Assembly: GCA_951406725.2 (NCBI GenBank)
Contig: OX597826.1
Coordinates: forward strand, 16,058,001 to 16,122,000
DNA: 64,000 nucleotides
Direction of reading: 5' to 3'
Source: Octopus vulgaris
Lineage: Eukaryota
Shown: positions 11,070 through 28,403 of the stretch, piece by piece
How positions within the stretch are numbered: the stretch's first letter is position 1
How the letters are laid out: every line of letters starts with the position of its first letter
Program-made: the position numbers and the translations under genes
The notes under the pieces: generated by a model
The model's input: the letters and a program-made list of their open reading frames with translations, nothing else
Told to the model about the DNA's origin: nothing
Databases searched by the model: none

Positions 11070-12960
11070 CGGTCATAAATTTATCTAAACTAAAACTTTC
11101 ACCCGATGATGTCAGCTCAAGGGCTATTTCAGTTTGTCCGCCGTCATAAGTTGAAGGAATATGTTTTCGAAAAAAATGGCTAATTAGGAGCTGAAAATAA
11201 AAAATGACGATGTTCGATTCTGGCATAATTGGATTGAAAAGATTCCCAGATGGTATCCTGATAAAGTTCGGAATTGACGTTCACAAGTACTACTGGCATT
11301 TCTTGAATCTTGTCAGGCAGGCGACAAATGGAAAGAAATCCTAGAATACACTCACAAATCAGCAACGTTACGTACTCCGACGTCTAGCTAATAACGATTG
11401 TAATGTTATTGAGGTGGCGGATAATGGAGGCGCTATCGTAATTATGGACGAAAGTAAGTATGTTTCGGCTTCTGAGGAAGTTTTAAATAGCAAAACTTCA
11501 TATGAAGAATTACCTGTCGATGCAAGACCCAATTACGGAAAGGATTTTTACAAAATAATTCTCGAAATGGAGGAAAAGCAATTTCATGAATAGGTACGAA
11601 TCCAGAATTTTACTGTCAGAAATACACCTGTATTTTATGGTCTCCGTAAAATACACAATTTAAAGCGGATATGAATGTTGTACGGCCAAAATTTCGGAAT
11701 GTGTGGATAGCTTTTTACTCACAGTTGCAAAAAGATCAAGTTCCTATATTCGGGATACTTTTGATTTCGTGTCTATGATCGACAACTTTTTTAAGCACCG
11801 AGGCCGTGTCGAGAACAGTTTTTTGGTAACCATGGATGTTTCTTCCTGATATCACAATGCTGACTACGATGAAGGAGTAGAAGCATGCATGAGTGCCTTC
11901 GAAAAGCGGTCAAACAAAGGTATTCCATCAAATTACTGGAAATAAACAAATGCTTTTGTACATCCTTATGTCAAGCGCAGTTACAGTGAATCACAATTAA
12001 AGGACATAGCAAATAAAATAGCTAAAATTAGCAAAGATAGTGAAACTTTCACGCATAATTTTAGCAAACACAATACAATAGAACACAGAATTCCTTCAGT
12101 GATTAATTGACACCTAAATCTCGCTGGCATTTCAATAAGTCTTGCATGAAAGTTACCAGCATGTGATGAAAAGATATCCACGTTTGAAACAGTTATTACC
12201 TCAGCCGCCTATCGACAAAATGAGAGTATGAGAGAATTATCGACTTCTTTTTCTGACTCCAAGAAAACAAACATTGGAGTATCCTCATGGCCACAAGAAA
12301 GGTAAGCCGTGTTAATTGTGCAACAACCTGAGTCAAGTGAATTCCATTAGGATTTATACACCATTTGGTGTACGCGGCAAAATCCACAAAACACAACTTA
12401 ATTTATGCTGGTTGTACAACAGAATAATTAAACAAAAGGTTTAATGGGCACAGGTTCGACGTCAGGCACAATAACAGTAGTTCGAAAGAACTTGCCGAAC
12501 ATTTCGTTTCAAACGGCTGCAATTTTGAAAAAGACTTGTAAATTCATATTCTCAGTAAATATTCTGAATCTGCTTCACTTTCACTTTCAGAATGCATGAG
12601 TAGAAATATATTTGCGGGTTACTAACATCACGCCTTAGAGGAATGAATAAAATGACAGGAGAATATAATCAGATTTATGCCAAATTGGATAAATTGAATA
12701 TTCTTCCTTTTCCTTTCCTTTCCTTCTTTACTCATTTTTTTCTGTCTTCTTATTTTGTAGTTTTCATTTCGCCTGTTATAAAATTGAAACTTATAGACAT
12801 AATGTCATTCCATCAACATGTGGACGCTGGTTGCTCTCGTTCACAATTTAAATTTAAATTTCTGTAACTTAGAATTTTTATCACTTCCTATTTTGAACTT
12901 GACGAAGACAGATTTACTGTTGAAATATCGTTCAACCAATAAAATATATAATAAATCGAA
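11070..12960 (+). mobile_element. Decayed PLE with internal deletions
   Basis: VINLSK, VADNGGAIVIMD, FYGLRKIH, LVTMDVSS*YHN, YAGCTT..KRFNGHRFDV and ELAEHF remnants, with a terminal HHR. Confidence 0.8.
12893..12935 (+). ncRNA. Hammerhead-like motif at the 3' end of the decayed PLE
   Basis: TTGAAC-TTGACGA-AGACAG-ATTTA-CTGTT-GAAA-TA-TC-GTTCAA. Confidence 0.6.
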
Positions 12961-13019
12961 TCGCACTCTTCATTTTGACAGTTTACCATTGTGAAGAGTT
13001 ACGTCAATCCTTTCAAAAA

Positions 13020-16165
<3,146 letters not shown>

Positions 16166-16169
16166 TGTT

Positions 16170-16380
16170 GAGTGCTCGACAATCTAGATGGTTCATATAA
16201 ATGATGGCTGGTAGGCCCGAGAGACTGGATCCCATGGAGAGACCTGTTGTCTGTTTGTATGTTTGGTCCTGGAAAGAGGATATCTGAAGAAAGAATATTA
16301 TTCCGTAATATCATAGACTATGGATGACTAAATTACAACAGGTATATAGCCCATTGTCTGTATTATGGTGCATTGTTGTA
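16170..16380 (-). mobile_element. Penelope-type RT fragment
   Basis: FQDQTYKQTTGLSMGSSLSGLPAIIYMNHL (G.xMGS motif). Confidence 0.6.
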
Positions 16381-17443
16381 ACATTCAAAACATTTTATTC
16401 TTCATAAATATATATATATATATATGCATGTATGTATGTATGCATGTATGTATGTATTACCTGCAGTGTATAATTTTAGCGGCCATAATATATTTACTTC
16501 CTTGTTTCTAAAAACAATTCAGCTGTTATTCTTATCCTTGTAAAAGTTAGGCTGCAAAACAAAGCTCGATAATTGCTTCTGCAGAAGATGAATGAGGCTA
16601 CAGCATTGATTATTGCCAGTCAGCGTGCACGTTTGTAATAAGTCTTCTACTGTAAAAAAAATATATATATGTAAACGAAACGACGGTGACTAGCATTTTA
16701 ATCACATCCCCATACAATAGATATTAGAGACAGAGATGTTTTCTTGACAAAACTGCTAACTTACACTTTTATTTCGGCACTCGTCTGAATAGAAAAAATA
16801 ATAGTTCTATCTTGACATCATGGCTTCGATATTTCTTCATTTCTTATTGCCGCTTTGAATATTTGTAGGTGTTCCAGATTTGTGTTTTAGCCTATAGGTT
16901 CTTCAGAAACTTTTGATAAGGCTGTAGATATGCAGCGTTGGTCATGAATTCAATCCCATATTCAATGAATAATTTCACCAAACAAAATTCTTTTCATTTA
17001 TTAGATTTCATCCTCAAGCATAGGTTTATTTACAAGTTAAACACATTATTTTACCACTTCAATCTTTTATCTCATTTGTTTTTTTTTATAACAGAAGTAT
17101 CGTGCGGGATATCACATTGTGTTTTTCTCATTTTCGTAAAACTTTCGAGTAACATATCATCATTGTCCAATGTTTGTTTATCATTTTTTTTTTTATATAA
17201 ACGATATTCAACTTCATGATACACAATAACATATCTCAAACTTTTCAATAAAATGTTATGTCATGAATATTAATAACTTAATATCATAAGAGGAAGGTAC
17301 ATTTGTGTCCATTTGATAAGGAAATAAAACGCGTTCTGTAACACAAATATGAGTTTACTTTATTCTACCTACTACCATGTATTTCATTAACGTTAGCTCT
17401 CATAATATTACAATGACACACACAGAGGCGATCACACACACAA

Positions 17444-17492
<49 letters not shown>

Positions 17493-17536
17493 GGGTGAAT
17501 ACTTGATAAATGTAAGCACATGTATAGGTGATAGGA

Positions 17537-17692
17537 TATGTGTATCAAAAGAAAAACAGGACGCAAAGGATTTTGCGGTACATATGTTTCGGGCTTTGAT
17601 ATAAGAATTGATATAAGAATAAGTTGTTCAATAAAGCCCGAAACATATGTACCGCAAAATCCTTTGCGTCCCATGCTTCTTTTGATACATAC
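17537..17692. repeat. Inverted repeat carrying the 3' half of an HHR
   Basis: Perfect 39-bp arms at 17559-17597 and 17633-17671, containing GCCC-GAAA-CATATG-TA. Confidence 0.85.
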
Positions 17693-17751
<59 letters not shown>

Positions 17752-17757
<6 letters not shown>

Positions 17758-18455
17758 GCCTTGGTTTTGTTGTCTCATTTTATTTAACATAGACATGCTC
17801 CCACAAGAACCATATTAGACCCCTAACTAATATTATCAAACACAGTCTAACTACGGTCTTCCCGTTGCACTTACATAGCCTTACCTGTCATCTTGGTTTT
17901 TCTAGATACCAATACCTCTTATATATATAGACTGTGTTTGATAATATTAAGAGTTAGGGGTCTAATATGGTTCTTGTGGGAGCATGTCTATGTTAAATAA
18001 AATGAGACAACAAAACCAAGGCTGTGTGGAATTTACAGGACATTTATAAAGATAAAGGTAGTCTTATATTCAAAGCACATGGAATTTATGTTTCCACACT
18101 ATCCTTTTGTAATGACAAAATATGAACTTTAATCGGAATCTACATACCATGGACAAGAAGCATTTCAGTCTATTCTACACTGCACTTCCCTTGAATAATA
18201 GAACTGCAACTGTAATATCATACATATTCATTTTTATTTTTATTCGCTTATTACCTTTTATAATTCCTATATCCATTATTTTCCAAAATAACCCCTTATA
18301 TTGAACTCGACCACTTCCGTCTAGTTAACTCTCACATATCGTCTCTAATGAAGGGATATCCCTAATATGCCCGAATCAACTGTAAGACTACTTTTCTTTT
18401 TATAAATGGCCTATAAATTTCACACAGCATTGGCTTTCTTTTCTCATTTCATTTA
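17752..18455. repeat. Cluster of PLE-type 3'-end fragments in inverted arrangement
   Basis: 17752-17849 is inverted to 17928-18028. 17997-18068 is inverted-homologous to 18383-18454. Decayed HHR at 18341-18388. Confidence 0.7.
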
Positions 18456-18522
18456 GCACACAGCCACGCGCGCGTGCGTACACACACGCGCGCACGCATG
18501 CCCACACACAGACACACACACA

Positions 18523-18563
<41 letters not shown>

Positions 18564-18714
18564 GCATTCATGTACAGGATAATTCTTTAATTTACTAGAA
18601 AGAATAACATTCCAGAAATAGAAAATATTTCTGAGGACATTATAGCATTTCTAAAAACTCTATAGAACACACTCCAAACAAGTCACCGAGGTTAATAGAG
18701 TTACTATTAACTGT

Positions 18715-19117
18715 ATTATCCATACTGATAGACAGATAAATGCCAATAGACATGATATTATCAAATATCGTCGACGGAATGTCTACTACACAATAGATAT
18801 GACAATACCAACTGATCGAAATATCTCAGTCAAAGAAATCGGAAATACAAGAACCAAAAGATAGATATCAGCAGACAGGAGAAACCATACACAGTTACTG
18901 TACCAGTAATTGTAAAGAGCGCTAAATGAGGGTCTTTAAAATTCATTGACAAAATATCTTGAAAATCAAATATAGCTGGTATCCAAGAGATTTCTCTAAC
19001 ATCAGCAGCCCATCTATTGAGGAAACTTTTATCTTTATAATGCAGTTTGTAGCCTTAGGTCTCAGGTAGAGATCCGGCTAGTAGCTAAATCGCACCGAAA
19101 TCAAGCGAAAATATTAA
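18715..19117 (+). mobile_element. Decayed R4/Dong 3' fragment
   Basis: IHTDRQINANRHDI, IDMTIPTDRNISVKE and SAAHLLRKLLSL*, followed by (AAT)n. Confidence 0.65.
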
Positions 19118-19147
19118 AATAATAATAGTAATAATAATAATAATAAC

Positions 19148-19236
<89 letters not shown>

Positions 19237-19251
19237 TAATAATAATAATAA

Positions 19252-19733
19252 TGTTTTGTCTTGGTATAAAAGATGGGCTACAGCAAATATTCTGCTCAAT
19301 ACCACAGATTTGCTTGTCAGTTGTTTGACCTTAACCAGTTGAGCATGTCCCTTAGTGGCTGACGATATGTGCATCTCTGATCACGAGCAGAAGTAGTGGG
19401 GGAGCATCATAGCCATGTGTTGAGAGGGATTCTTTGGGGTTTGAATAATTCACCTCTGGAAACATGGGTGTTTCGTTCAACGTCCTTAAACAACCCTTAT
19501 TCAGGGACCTTTTGAGCGGGATGGGTTACTCGATCTGAAGAAAATTCTAACTGGGCTCCACCTGCAAGGTCATGTGCTGTTTATCTTGATATGAGATCAC
19601 CATGTCGCGCACATATGGTTGTGATGCATGTGCCTGGTGTACCCTTATCAGACGGGTAGTCGTGATAGGTATACTGGGCTTCGTATATTTTACCCCAGTG
19701 TCACTTTGATGGCATGCTCTGCTCGCTCACTCA
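19252..19733. repeat. ~470-bp non-coding repeat, copy 1, bounded by (AAT)n
   Basis: Highly similar to ~19880-20346. Confidence 0.85.
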
Positions 19734-19754
19734 ATAATAATAATAATAATAATG

Positions 19755-19820
<66 letters not shown>

Positions 19821-19879
19821 GACTCTCATGGATTCTGATCTCATCTGATTTGTCATCATGTACATTGATTTTTCTTGTT

Positions 19880-20346
19880 ATAAATGATAGGCAACAGCAA
19901 ATATTCTGCTCAATACCACAGATTTGCTTGTCAGTAGCTTGACCTTAACCGGTTGAGTATGTCCCTTAGTGGCTGACGATATGTGCATCTCTGATCATGA
20001 GCAGAAGTAGTGGGGGAGCATCATAGCCATGTGTTGATAGGGATTCTTTGGGGTTTGAATAATGCACCTCTGGAAACATGGGTGTTTCGTTCAACATCCT
20101 TAAACAACCCTTACTCAGGGACCTTTTGATCGGTATGGGCTACTCGACCAGAAGGAAATTCTAACTCGGCCTCACCAGCAAGGTCATGTGCTGTTTATCT
20201 TGATATGAGATCACCATGTCGCGTACATATTGTTGTGATACATGTGCCTAGTGTACCCTTATTAGACGGGTTGTCATGATGGCTATACTGGGCTAGTATA
20301 TTTTACCCCAGTGTCACTTTGATGACATGCACTGCTCTCTCACTCA
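19880..20346. repeat. ~470-bp non-coding repeat, copy 2, followed by (GAT/AAT)n
   Basis: Diverged direct copy of 19252-19733. Confidence 0.85.
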
Positions 20347-20393
20347 ACGACAACGACGATGATGATGATGATAATAATAATAATAATAATAAC

Positions 20394-20440
<47 letters not shown>

Positions 20441-20469
20441 CAACAACAATAATAATAACAACCACATAC

Positions 20470-21370
20470 TCAGCAACAAAACAGGCTAGGGCAGATGTAA
20501 GTGGATTCTTAATACTGCAAACCAAAAAGTTAGATGTACTGGAAAGAAACAAAGAAAAAGCAAAACGTATGAAAACACTTACTAAAAATACTGCCATCGA
20601 TATTCTCACAGATAAATTGTAAGTAAAACTTCTCAATGTCAAATATCAAAACAGATCTTATAATGCTGATGTTCATAAACATTTACCCATCAACGATTGG
20701 CCTCTAATGTCTCAAAATCAAAGGCAGAATGGTTTGGCGCAGGATAAATGCCTACCCACAAAAAGCTATCAGGCCAAAACCCTAAACAACGGCAGTAACC
20801 CAACATGTCGTTTATGTAAATAACAAGCAGAAGCCATTGATCATATTGCCTCTATGTTCAGCTTTCTTTCGCCCACAGTTTATTTCAACAGGCATGATAG
20901 AGCGGCACATTCTGTTCACTGTGTAATCTGCAAGGACCTGGACCTGCCACATAAAAAAAAACAGCTGGCAACACAAACCAAATCTAGTGCTTGGAAATGA
21001 TCGCATCACACGCTTTTGGAACTTTACTGTTCAAACTGACAGAAAGATAGATGCATGTAGGCCAGGCATTATACTGAAGGATTTCAGACAAATATCATGC
21101 CTCCATATCGATAAATGTGTCCCCATCCACATCAATATATCTGTGAAGCCCTACCAAAAACTGAAGAAATATAAAGATCACGAAAGCGAAAATGGTGGAA
21201 CTTGAAGTATAGAACAATATCTGTTGTCATAGGCGCCGTAGGGATGATAGAAAAAGGGACTGATTGTTTCCTGTCTCAGCTACCAAGACATATAAAAATG
21301 GAAGAAATTTTCAGAAAATAGTCTTCATGAGAACTCTTCATGTTCTAAGAAGAATATTGCCTATATAATT
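20470..21370 (+). mobile_element. Decayed R4/Dong fragment (CCHC and RLE)
   Basis: LAQDKCLPTKSY, CRLCK*QAEAIDHI, RHDRAA, WNFTVQTDRKIDACRPGII and KLKKYKD..VIGAVG. Confidence 0.8.
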
Positions 21371-21619
21371 TCAAAAACATGTCATTTTAAGATCACACTA
21401 TCATCTCATCATGAAAATACTTTTAAAACAAACTTTTAATTTTAGGGTTTTGAGAAATTCTCTCTTGAACCGAAAATAGGGTACCTAGTCATAATACTGA
21501 CTTGAAATTCTAACTTCTTGTCTCTTGAGGTCTCTGGACGAGGCTGGGAGTCAACTTGTTCAAATACAAAGCAAAGGCCAAACATATAATAATAATTGTA
21601 ATCGATGGCAGAGTATCTG

Positions 21620-21840
21620 ACATGAGAGCGAGGCAGGCACAAAAAACTGCTCTATTAGGGACAGCTAAGATTTTGAGATCGGTGCATGGGTGTTGAGTGT
21701 CTTCCAAGATAATTTAACATCCAGGTACCAAAACTAATAATTTGCGGAAAGAGACCCTGTGAGACCTTTGACAACAGATTTCTGTCCACTTATACGGAAT
21801 CAACCAGAGAAAGACCGAGATTTTTCAGAAGTAAAATAAT
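21620..21840 (+). mobile_element. Extreme 3' end of an R4-clade element
   Basis: QAQKTALLGTAKILRSV, matching the Dong C-terminus QKIALLGTAHILRR. Confidence 0.55.
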
Positions 21841-23274
21841 TAGAAGAACATAAATTTATATAATTTATGCGCAAGGCCGACAAGTTTATGGAGACAGTGT
21901 AAGTCGATAGCATTGATATCAGTACTTCACTGGTATGCTATTTCATCGAGTCTTGAAGAATGAAAAGTTAAGTTAAGCTCGACCGTATTTAATCTCAGAA
22001 AATAATTAACCGAAACAAATCCCGAATATTAGATATTTCCCAGGCTGCAATGATACTCAAACCCAACAGTCAAAATTTTGCACAGAATTAGTCGCTTGTA
22101 TAAAAACACACGGTGTAACATTGTTGCCAAATGAAATGAAGCAAATTTCAGAACAAAGTCTCTACATCAACACCGGATATCAGTAAACCTTACGTACAGT
22201 ATAACACAAAGCATGTAACAAGATTTTTCACATAAACGAAAATAGACGAATCAGTACAGTAACGTCAAAACAAGAAACAAGCAATCAAACAAGAGATAAA
22301 CCGGTGTAGTATATAAAAATAATTGTTTCCAGTGTGATGAAAGCGTTATTTTTATGTTCATATTTTATATAAGAGTGGCTGTTGTAGATTAATATGGTAC
22401 GAAACAGACTTACAACAATTTAGCTGCATTCTCACTTGCACAAATACACACATACCTTTGTGTGCGTTTTCAATAACATGTCTGTGTGTGTGCGCGGGTG
22501 TGTGTTGACATAATGGAACAGGTACCTAACGATTTACAGGAATTTTCAGACATGTTGTGAACAGCAACGATTACCAAATGCAAGCAACCTCTGCCAACAA
22601 TTCCTTACAGTACATAAACGAATGAGCTCTTGTCAAGGAAAGTCATGCTCTCATTTCTATACCTTTCCTTTAACAGGCTCCTTCAAAGCAAAGGAAAACG
22701 TTTTGTCCGGGACCTCACTGATATGGTTCGATACTAACTACATGTAAACATTATCTATTTTGTTGCATGTATGGACAAGACGCCAGAGTCCCGGCATTTT
22801 AGTTACTCATATATAATGTATAACCCTAACAGACCAACTTTCCAAACACTTATATACCTGGATAGGTTCGCTCGCTCCAATATTTCCAGTATTATTGAAG
22901 ATTTGATAAACAATTTTACCAGAAATATTTTAAATTTATATACACGTCCTCTATAGATTTATATTTCAATCGTCTTGAAACTCCTAAGTATTTATACTGG
23001 AAATAACTTTAAGAAACATGATTCATTGTTTCGCCATTCTTCTCCTCTTAACCAAAACAACTACACATGAATAGCATAACATACTGTTAATGGTATTTTG
23101 AATGGTATATTGTAAATGTGCTTTTGAACGGTTAAAATAACACATTCACATAAAGTGACTTTTCATATTGAAGACAGCCACACATCCATAGACATATACA
23201 ATAAATTAAATAGATGAATGAGAAATGATATTTGTAGCGATTAAGACGACTACTTCTGTGTGTATGTATGCATG

Positions 23275-23340
<66 letters not shown>

Positions 23341-26199
23341 TGTTTGTGTGTGTATGTGTGTGTTTGTGTGTGTGTTTGTGTGCGTGCGTGTAAACACATA
23401 TATACATCCCCAAGATATGTATACGCACGAACATGCACATAAGGGTGTGTATGTATTTTATGGGAAGTGATTCCTTCTAAGCTGAAACAGATAAATTTGA
23501 CGGAATATATTATATAGTTCCTAAATATATACAGCTTTGTAATTTAGTAATCATTAGAAAAACACAAGCGACGGCACACACACAGACACACACACGCACA
23601 CGCACATACACACAGATTAATTCCTTTATACATATACATACGCATGGCAAACACCATTGAACCACATAAATCTTCAGTATAGAATATAGAGATTAGTAGC
23701 TTTAGTGGACATAATCAGCTGCAGACGGCATTGAAATTTTATATACTGTATATAGTTGTTATTTATTAATATTTTTGCACTGAAAAGCTTTGAACTATCG
23801 AACAGAGTTCGATATTTATTGGTAAATTGTATACATTATTGTTTTCCCTTGATACATTACATGCCCCTAATTTTGCCTTACTTTTGGTCTTCCTCGTTTA
23901 TTTATCATTTACTTGTGTTCTGCATCTCAAAACATTTTTCTGTATCTATTAGTTTATACGTTAACCGACTTTTATCATTTTTACGTACCCCAAATTAAAT
24001 CCCCTGTTTTCTGTTTGCCGTTTCCTCAAGTATTTTATTTCTATTTTTATATATTTATTGTTTTTTCTTTGTTATTTTCCTTTAATATTTTATTGCAGAT
24101 ATTGTTCTATTTGTGAGCGTTTTATCCTTTCACTTTTTGTTTTACTTCGCTTTATATTTCACAATGTATACCGCATTTTATTCATATTTCTCTTTTTTGC
24201 AATATTCTGAATAAAAATACACAGAATTCTAAAGAGTTCAATCAATTTATTACATAGGAAAATTGATCACTTTTAGATCCTCTGATTTCAGTTAGGCAGA
24301 TATGGTAATCTTTTCTAGGAGATGAAAGAAAATTCTTCAAAGTAATAATGAATTATTGGAGTATATTTGTTTTATTGGGGATAACTGATTTTGTTAGATT
24401 ATTTTCATATAAACATAATGATTTCTTTCAGAAAATAGAAAATATCATATATAAGGGATACGCTGTTTCACTTAAAGTGTTGCTATATTCACCAAATAAT
24501 ATATAATTTACATTCTTCGTGACTAAACTTCTCTTTCACATTCTTACTCGCATCAATACCTTTTCATAACTCGGAGGCAGATGTTTAGTTGCACGATTGT
24601 AAAATAAATTTAAGTAGTATTTTTGTACTTAGAAGTACAAAAACGTTTCTAAATTATATTCGCAACACATATGTACATTTTTTCACCTCGACAACTTAAG
24701 GAATCCTAGCAAAAATACCGTCTCCTGTTACTTCTAAAAGTAAAAATAGGAAATAATTCAACTTCCTTTCTTGAGGGTGTTTTCCGTTCTAAATATTTTG
24801 TAATTTTCATTTTATTTTTTAACCATATTTCACAGAAATGCCTCTTTTTACTTAATGACATTTTAAATAATTCTCTATAATAAATTGGTTTCTGTGAGGG
24901 AGGTTAATTATCAGACGCATCAATTAGAACGGCTAGATGAAGGATAATTACTGTCAGAAACAATCGGATATTTCTTTTCTTCAGAAACTATTAATTGGTT
25001 TCAATACTGAAAACAAATTTCCTTGGATCTTATTATTTATTTAATTAGTGTCTACACTTAAATTATAAAGAAATTTAGATTTCCGATATTAAAAGGTTCA
25101 ATAATGATTGTTGAATGCTTGTTATTTCGTAATAACCTCAATACCTACAAGTATTATAAACAATAAATATACTATATTATAAACACTATAAACAGAGAAC
25201 ATCATGGAGTACATTGATATTATTCGTACCATTTCATACATTTTTCATTGAGAATTAAAAGAGAGTTGACTAAGTATTGCTTTAACATCTGCCGTCTAAG
25301 AACGAGGACACAATCCTTATTCATATTTTTGCTGAAGCATACTCGTTATGCATGTTAAACGACCTTCATTTTCCCTTCTTTAGTGGTTTCGTGTAAGTAA
25401 TATCATATCCACCCAGAGATGTTACTCGATTCTGGATGCACACTTTGTAGATATTTTTTCGGCACACCCTTTCGTCATTCTGATGGCGCAACTCCTTTCT
25501 AAAATATGATGTAAGGCAATATGAATATGAAGAAAATAATGTTGGAAGCTGCACGACTACTTACAGACCACTAATTAACATTCAGTGAGAGAAAGCCATG
25601 CGTTTCTTTTCTGTGCCATTGAAATCCAACATTTTGCAGCACGGTCTCTGAATGACTGTATCACGTCACTTAGACCTTTATTGTGAACTTTTAAACTTTC
25701 ACGGACGCTTGTTCCACCACAAAGGTTCGCCACCATTGTGCCAAAAGGTTTAAGATTCCTGCAAAGTGTGAATATAAAACTACAAACGTCAATGAAAGAG
25801 TAACGTTGTTGTTGAGGTGGATTTAACTAGAATACAATATACTCATGGGTGACCTTCTTTTCATTAAAGATTCCACAGCCTCGGTATAACATCTAGTACT
25901 AGCTGACTGAGTAATAGCGTTATTTATTCGAATTGCTATTTATTATGCATTATTGCAGCACAGAAATTTGCCAATGCAGCACCACGTCTGCTGATAGACT
26001 TGCTATCTTCATTCAGGAGTCTCAGTCGAATCATGGAAGCTGAAACCGAAGTAAGCCGAGTGTACATCATGTCCCCTTGATAATTACGAGATGGATATAA
26101 TTAGAAGTTAATTTTAAGGTGGTGTCTGGCGGGTGCTTCATGCATTCACAAATATAGATAGTTAAAAGAAAAGACATAATACTGGACAACAAATTTTTG

Positions 26200-27566
26200 C
26201 TAATGGTGTAAAAAGCATGTGTTTTAGAATAAATCGTGAGTGCTGATTCCGAACCGCACTCAGAATTGTTCTAGCGCGTCAGGATTTTGAGTTATGCGCA
26301 TGCGCAAGATTATAACTATAATTTCTCATCGGTATTTTTGCTAGGCATATCTGGGTTTTTTTTTTTTTCAAGTTAGAAAATAATGATTGTTTCTGTACTG
26401 ATGCTAATGCACTCATGCAAAAACTAAGACAGCTGCATGTGACCTACGAATGGAGAATGTTTATAAACTCGAGATAGTGTAGCCTGAAAACTGTGTTGTT
26501 ACATAATGGTAATGAAAAACCCTTCCGTTCCTGTAGCTCATGTTGTCGCTATGGAAGAAAATTATGAATCGATGGACATCATCCTGAAAGAAATTAATTA
26601 CTCAGTTCAGAAGTGAAATATTTGTAGTGATTTAAAGGTCACTTTTCCTCCTAGGACTGCAGCTGGGATATACCAAATATATGTGCTTTTTGTGTGTTTG
26701 GAACAGCCGCGACGATAGCAATCATTACACTGTAAAAACTGGCCTAAAAGAGATGAGAGAATAGTTGGTACACACAATGTGCACCATATGCTACTGGTAC
26801 ACCCGCAATAAATCTTCCTTCCACCCTTTCACATCAAACTCGGCATCATGAAAAAGTTTGTAAAAGCAATGGCACACGATAGTTCTGATGTCCAGTACCA
26901 AAATGTAAAATTTGGTGCAGAAAAAAGTGAAGCAACACAAATAACAAGCATTTTCATTGGCTCCGAAATCAGAGAATTGATATCTGATAGCAAATTCAGA
27001 GGTAAACTGAATCCTGTTGAGCCGACGGCATAGGAGCCATTCGTATTAATTGTACAGAACTTTCTTGGAAATCATAGAGCTTAAAACTATGCTGATTTAA
27101 TAAACAACATGGTAATAACATATGAAAGAATGGGATGCCGAATGTTCATTAAAATGCACTTCTTACATTCTCATCTCGATTCTTTCCTACGAATCTTGGT
27201 GCCGTTAGTGATGAACTTGGTGAGAGATTCCACCAAGACATATGTGAGATGGAAACGAGGTATCAAGGCCGGTTCAATCTACGCATGATGGGAGACTACC
27301 GCTGGTTCCTACAACGGGAGACCAGTACGAATGCATATGCGTAAGAGCAAATGTCTCGAACATTTTAGAGCTGAGCATAACAAAAATAATGTATTCCCTT
27401 AACATAAATATACTATGTACCATTATATTATAATACAGATTTCCTTGAACATAAATTTACTCTATACAGTACTAATATACTATTATAATAGTTATTTACC
27501 GTGAACTTAACTAGTCCTGATTCTAATAAAGTATTAAAATATAATTATGCGCATAACTCAAACTCC

Positions 27567-27567
<1 letters not shown>
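26200..27567 (+). mobile_element. Decayed DNA transposon, CMC/Chapaev3-like transposase
   Basis: ICSDLKV, LQLGYTKYMCFLCVWNSR, FHIKLGIMKKFVKAM, KMHFLHSHLD and AVSDELGERFHQDI. Inverted subterminal repeat at 26281-26301 / 27547-27567 (one mismatch). The family name is recalled, not searched. Confidence 0.7.
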
Positions 27568-27611
<44 letters not shown>

Positions 27612-28403
27612 CTTTGTACTTGTTTGTCGCCCCACCATTGCTTGAAAGCTGATGTCGGTGTGTTTATATCTCCGTAACATAGCGTTTCGGAAAAAGTGAC
27701 CGATAGAATAAGTAATAGGCTTACAAAGAATAAGTTCTGAGGTCGATTTCTTCGACTAAATTCCCCTTAAAGACCCACTGATGGAGGAAGCGGGTCAAGA
27801 GGAGGGTCGAAAACTTTGAGAGAGCACGTATTCTGCATGAAGAACTGAAGCGTGCTGCTCGAAATCGCACTGTTTGTGTAGTGAATGGGGAAAGCTTGGT
27901 TTGCAATGTTTGCAGTCGTGTATTCTTGTCAAGAGCAGGGCTCATTAGCCACCAAAGGAGCCGAAAATGCAAAATATAGGTTACTACTAGAGCGTACAAT
28001 GTTCCTGAAGCTCAGCAATGGTCTTCCTCGATCACGAGTGGTCAGCCATGTATGTACGTATGTGTGTATTATGTATGTATGTATGTATGTATGTATGTAT
28101 GTATGTATGTATGTACAATTTAATATAAACAGCTTGGCACAATGTAATATAAACAAAGGAATTAATTAACACAGCGATACATACACACGGACTGGGAATT
28201 TAACCACCCGATGACCCGATGACCGTCTATTCAGTAGTTTTGCTTACTCCGTAGCCATCGTCAATGGTGACTGCTGAAACGGTCGATGATTTGGTTAATT
28301 TCGCCTGAAATTATATGTTTTTAGCATAAATATTTATGTCTTAACTAACTACGTGCTAATGCGTATACTAAAAATTAAAATAAACAGCTAGCCACAATAA
28401 ATA

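Noticed and set aside
25560-26100. Faint eIF4A-like peptides on the minus strand (IIKG.HDV, LCGGTSVRESL)
   Set aside because: No Walker A or DEAD motif is visible, and the similarity is too short to support without a search.
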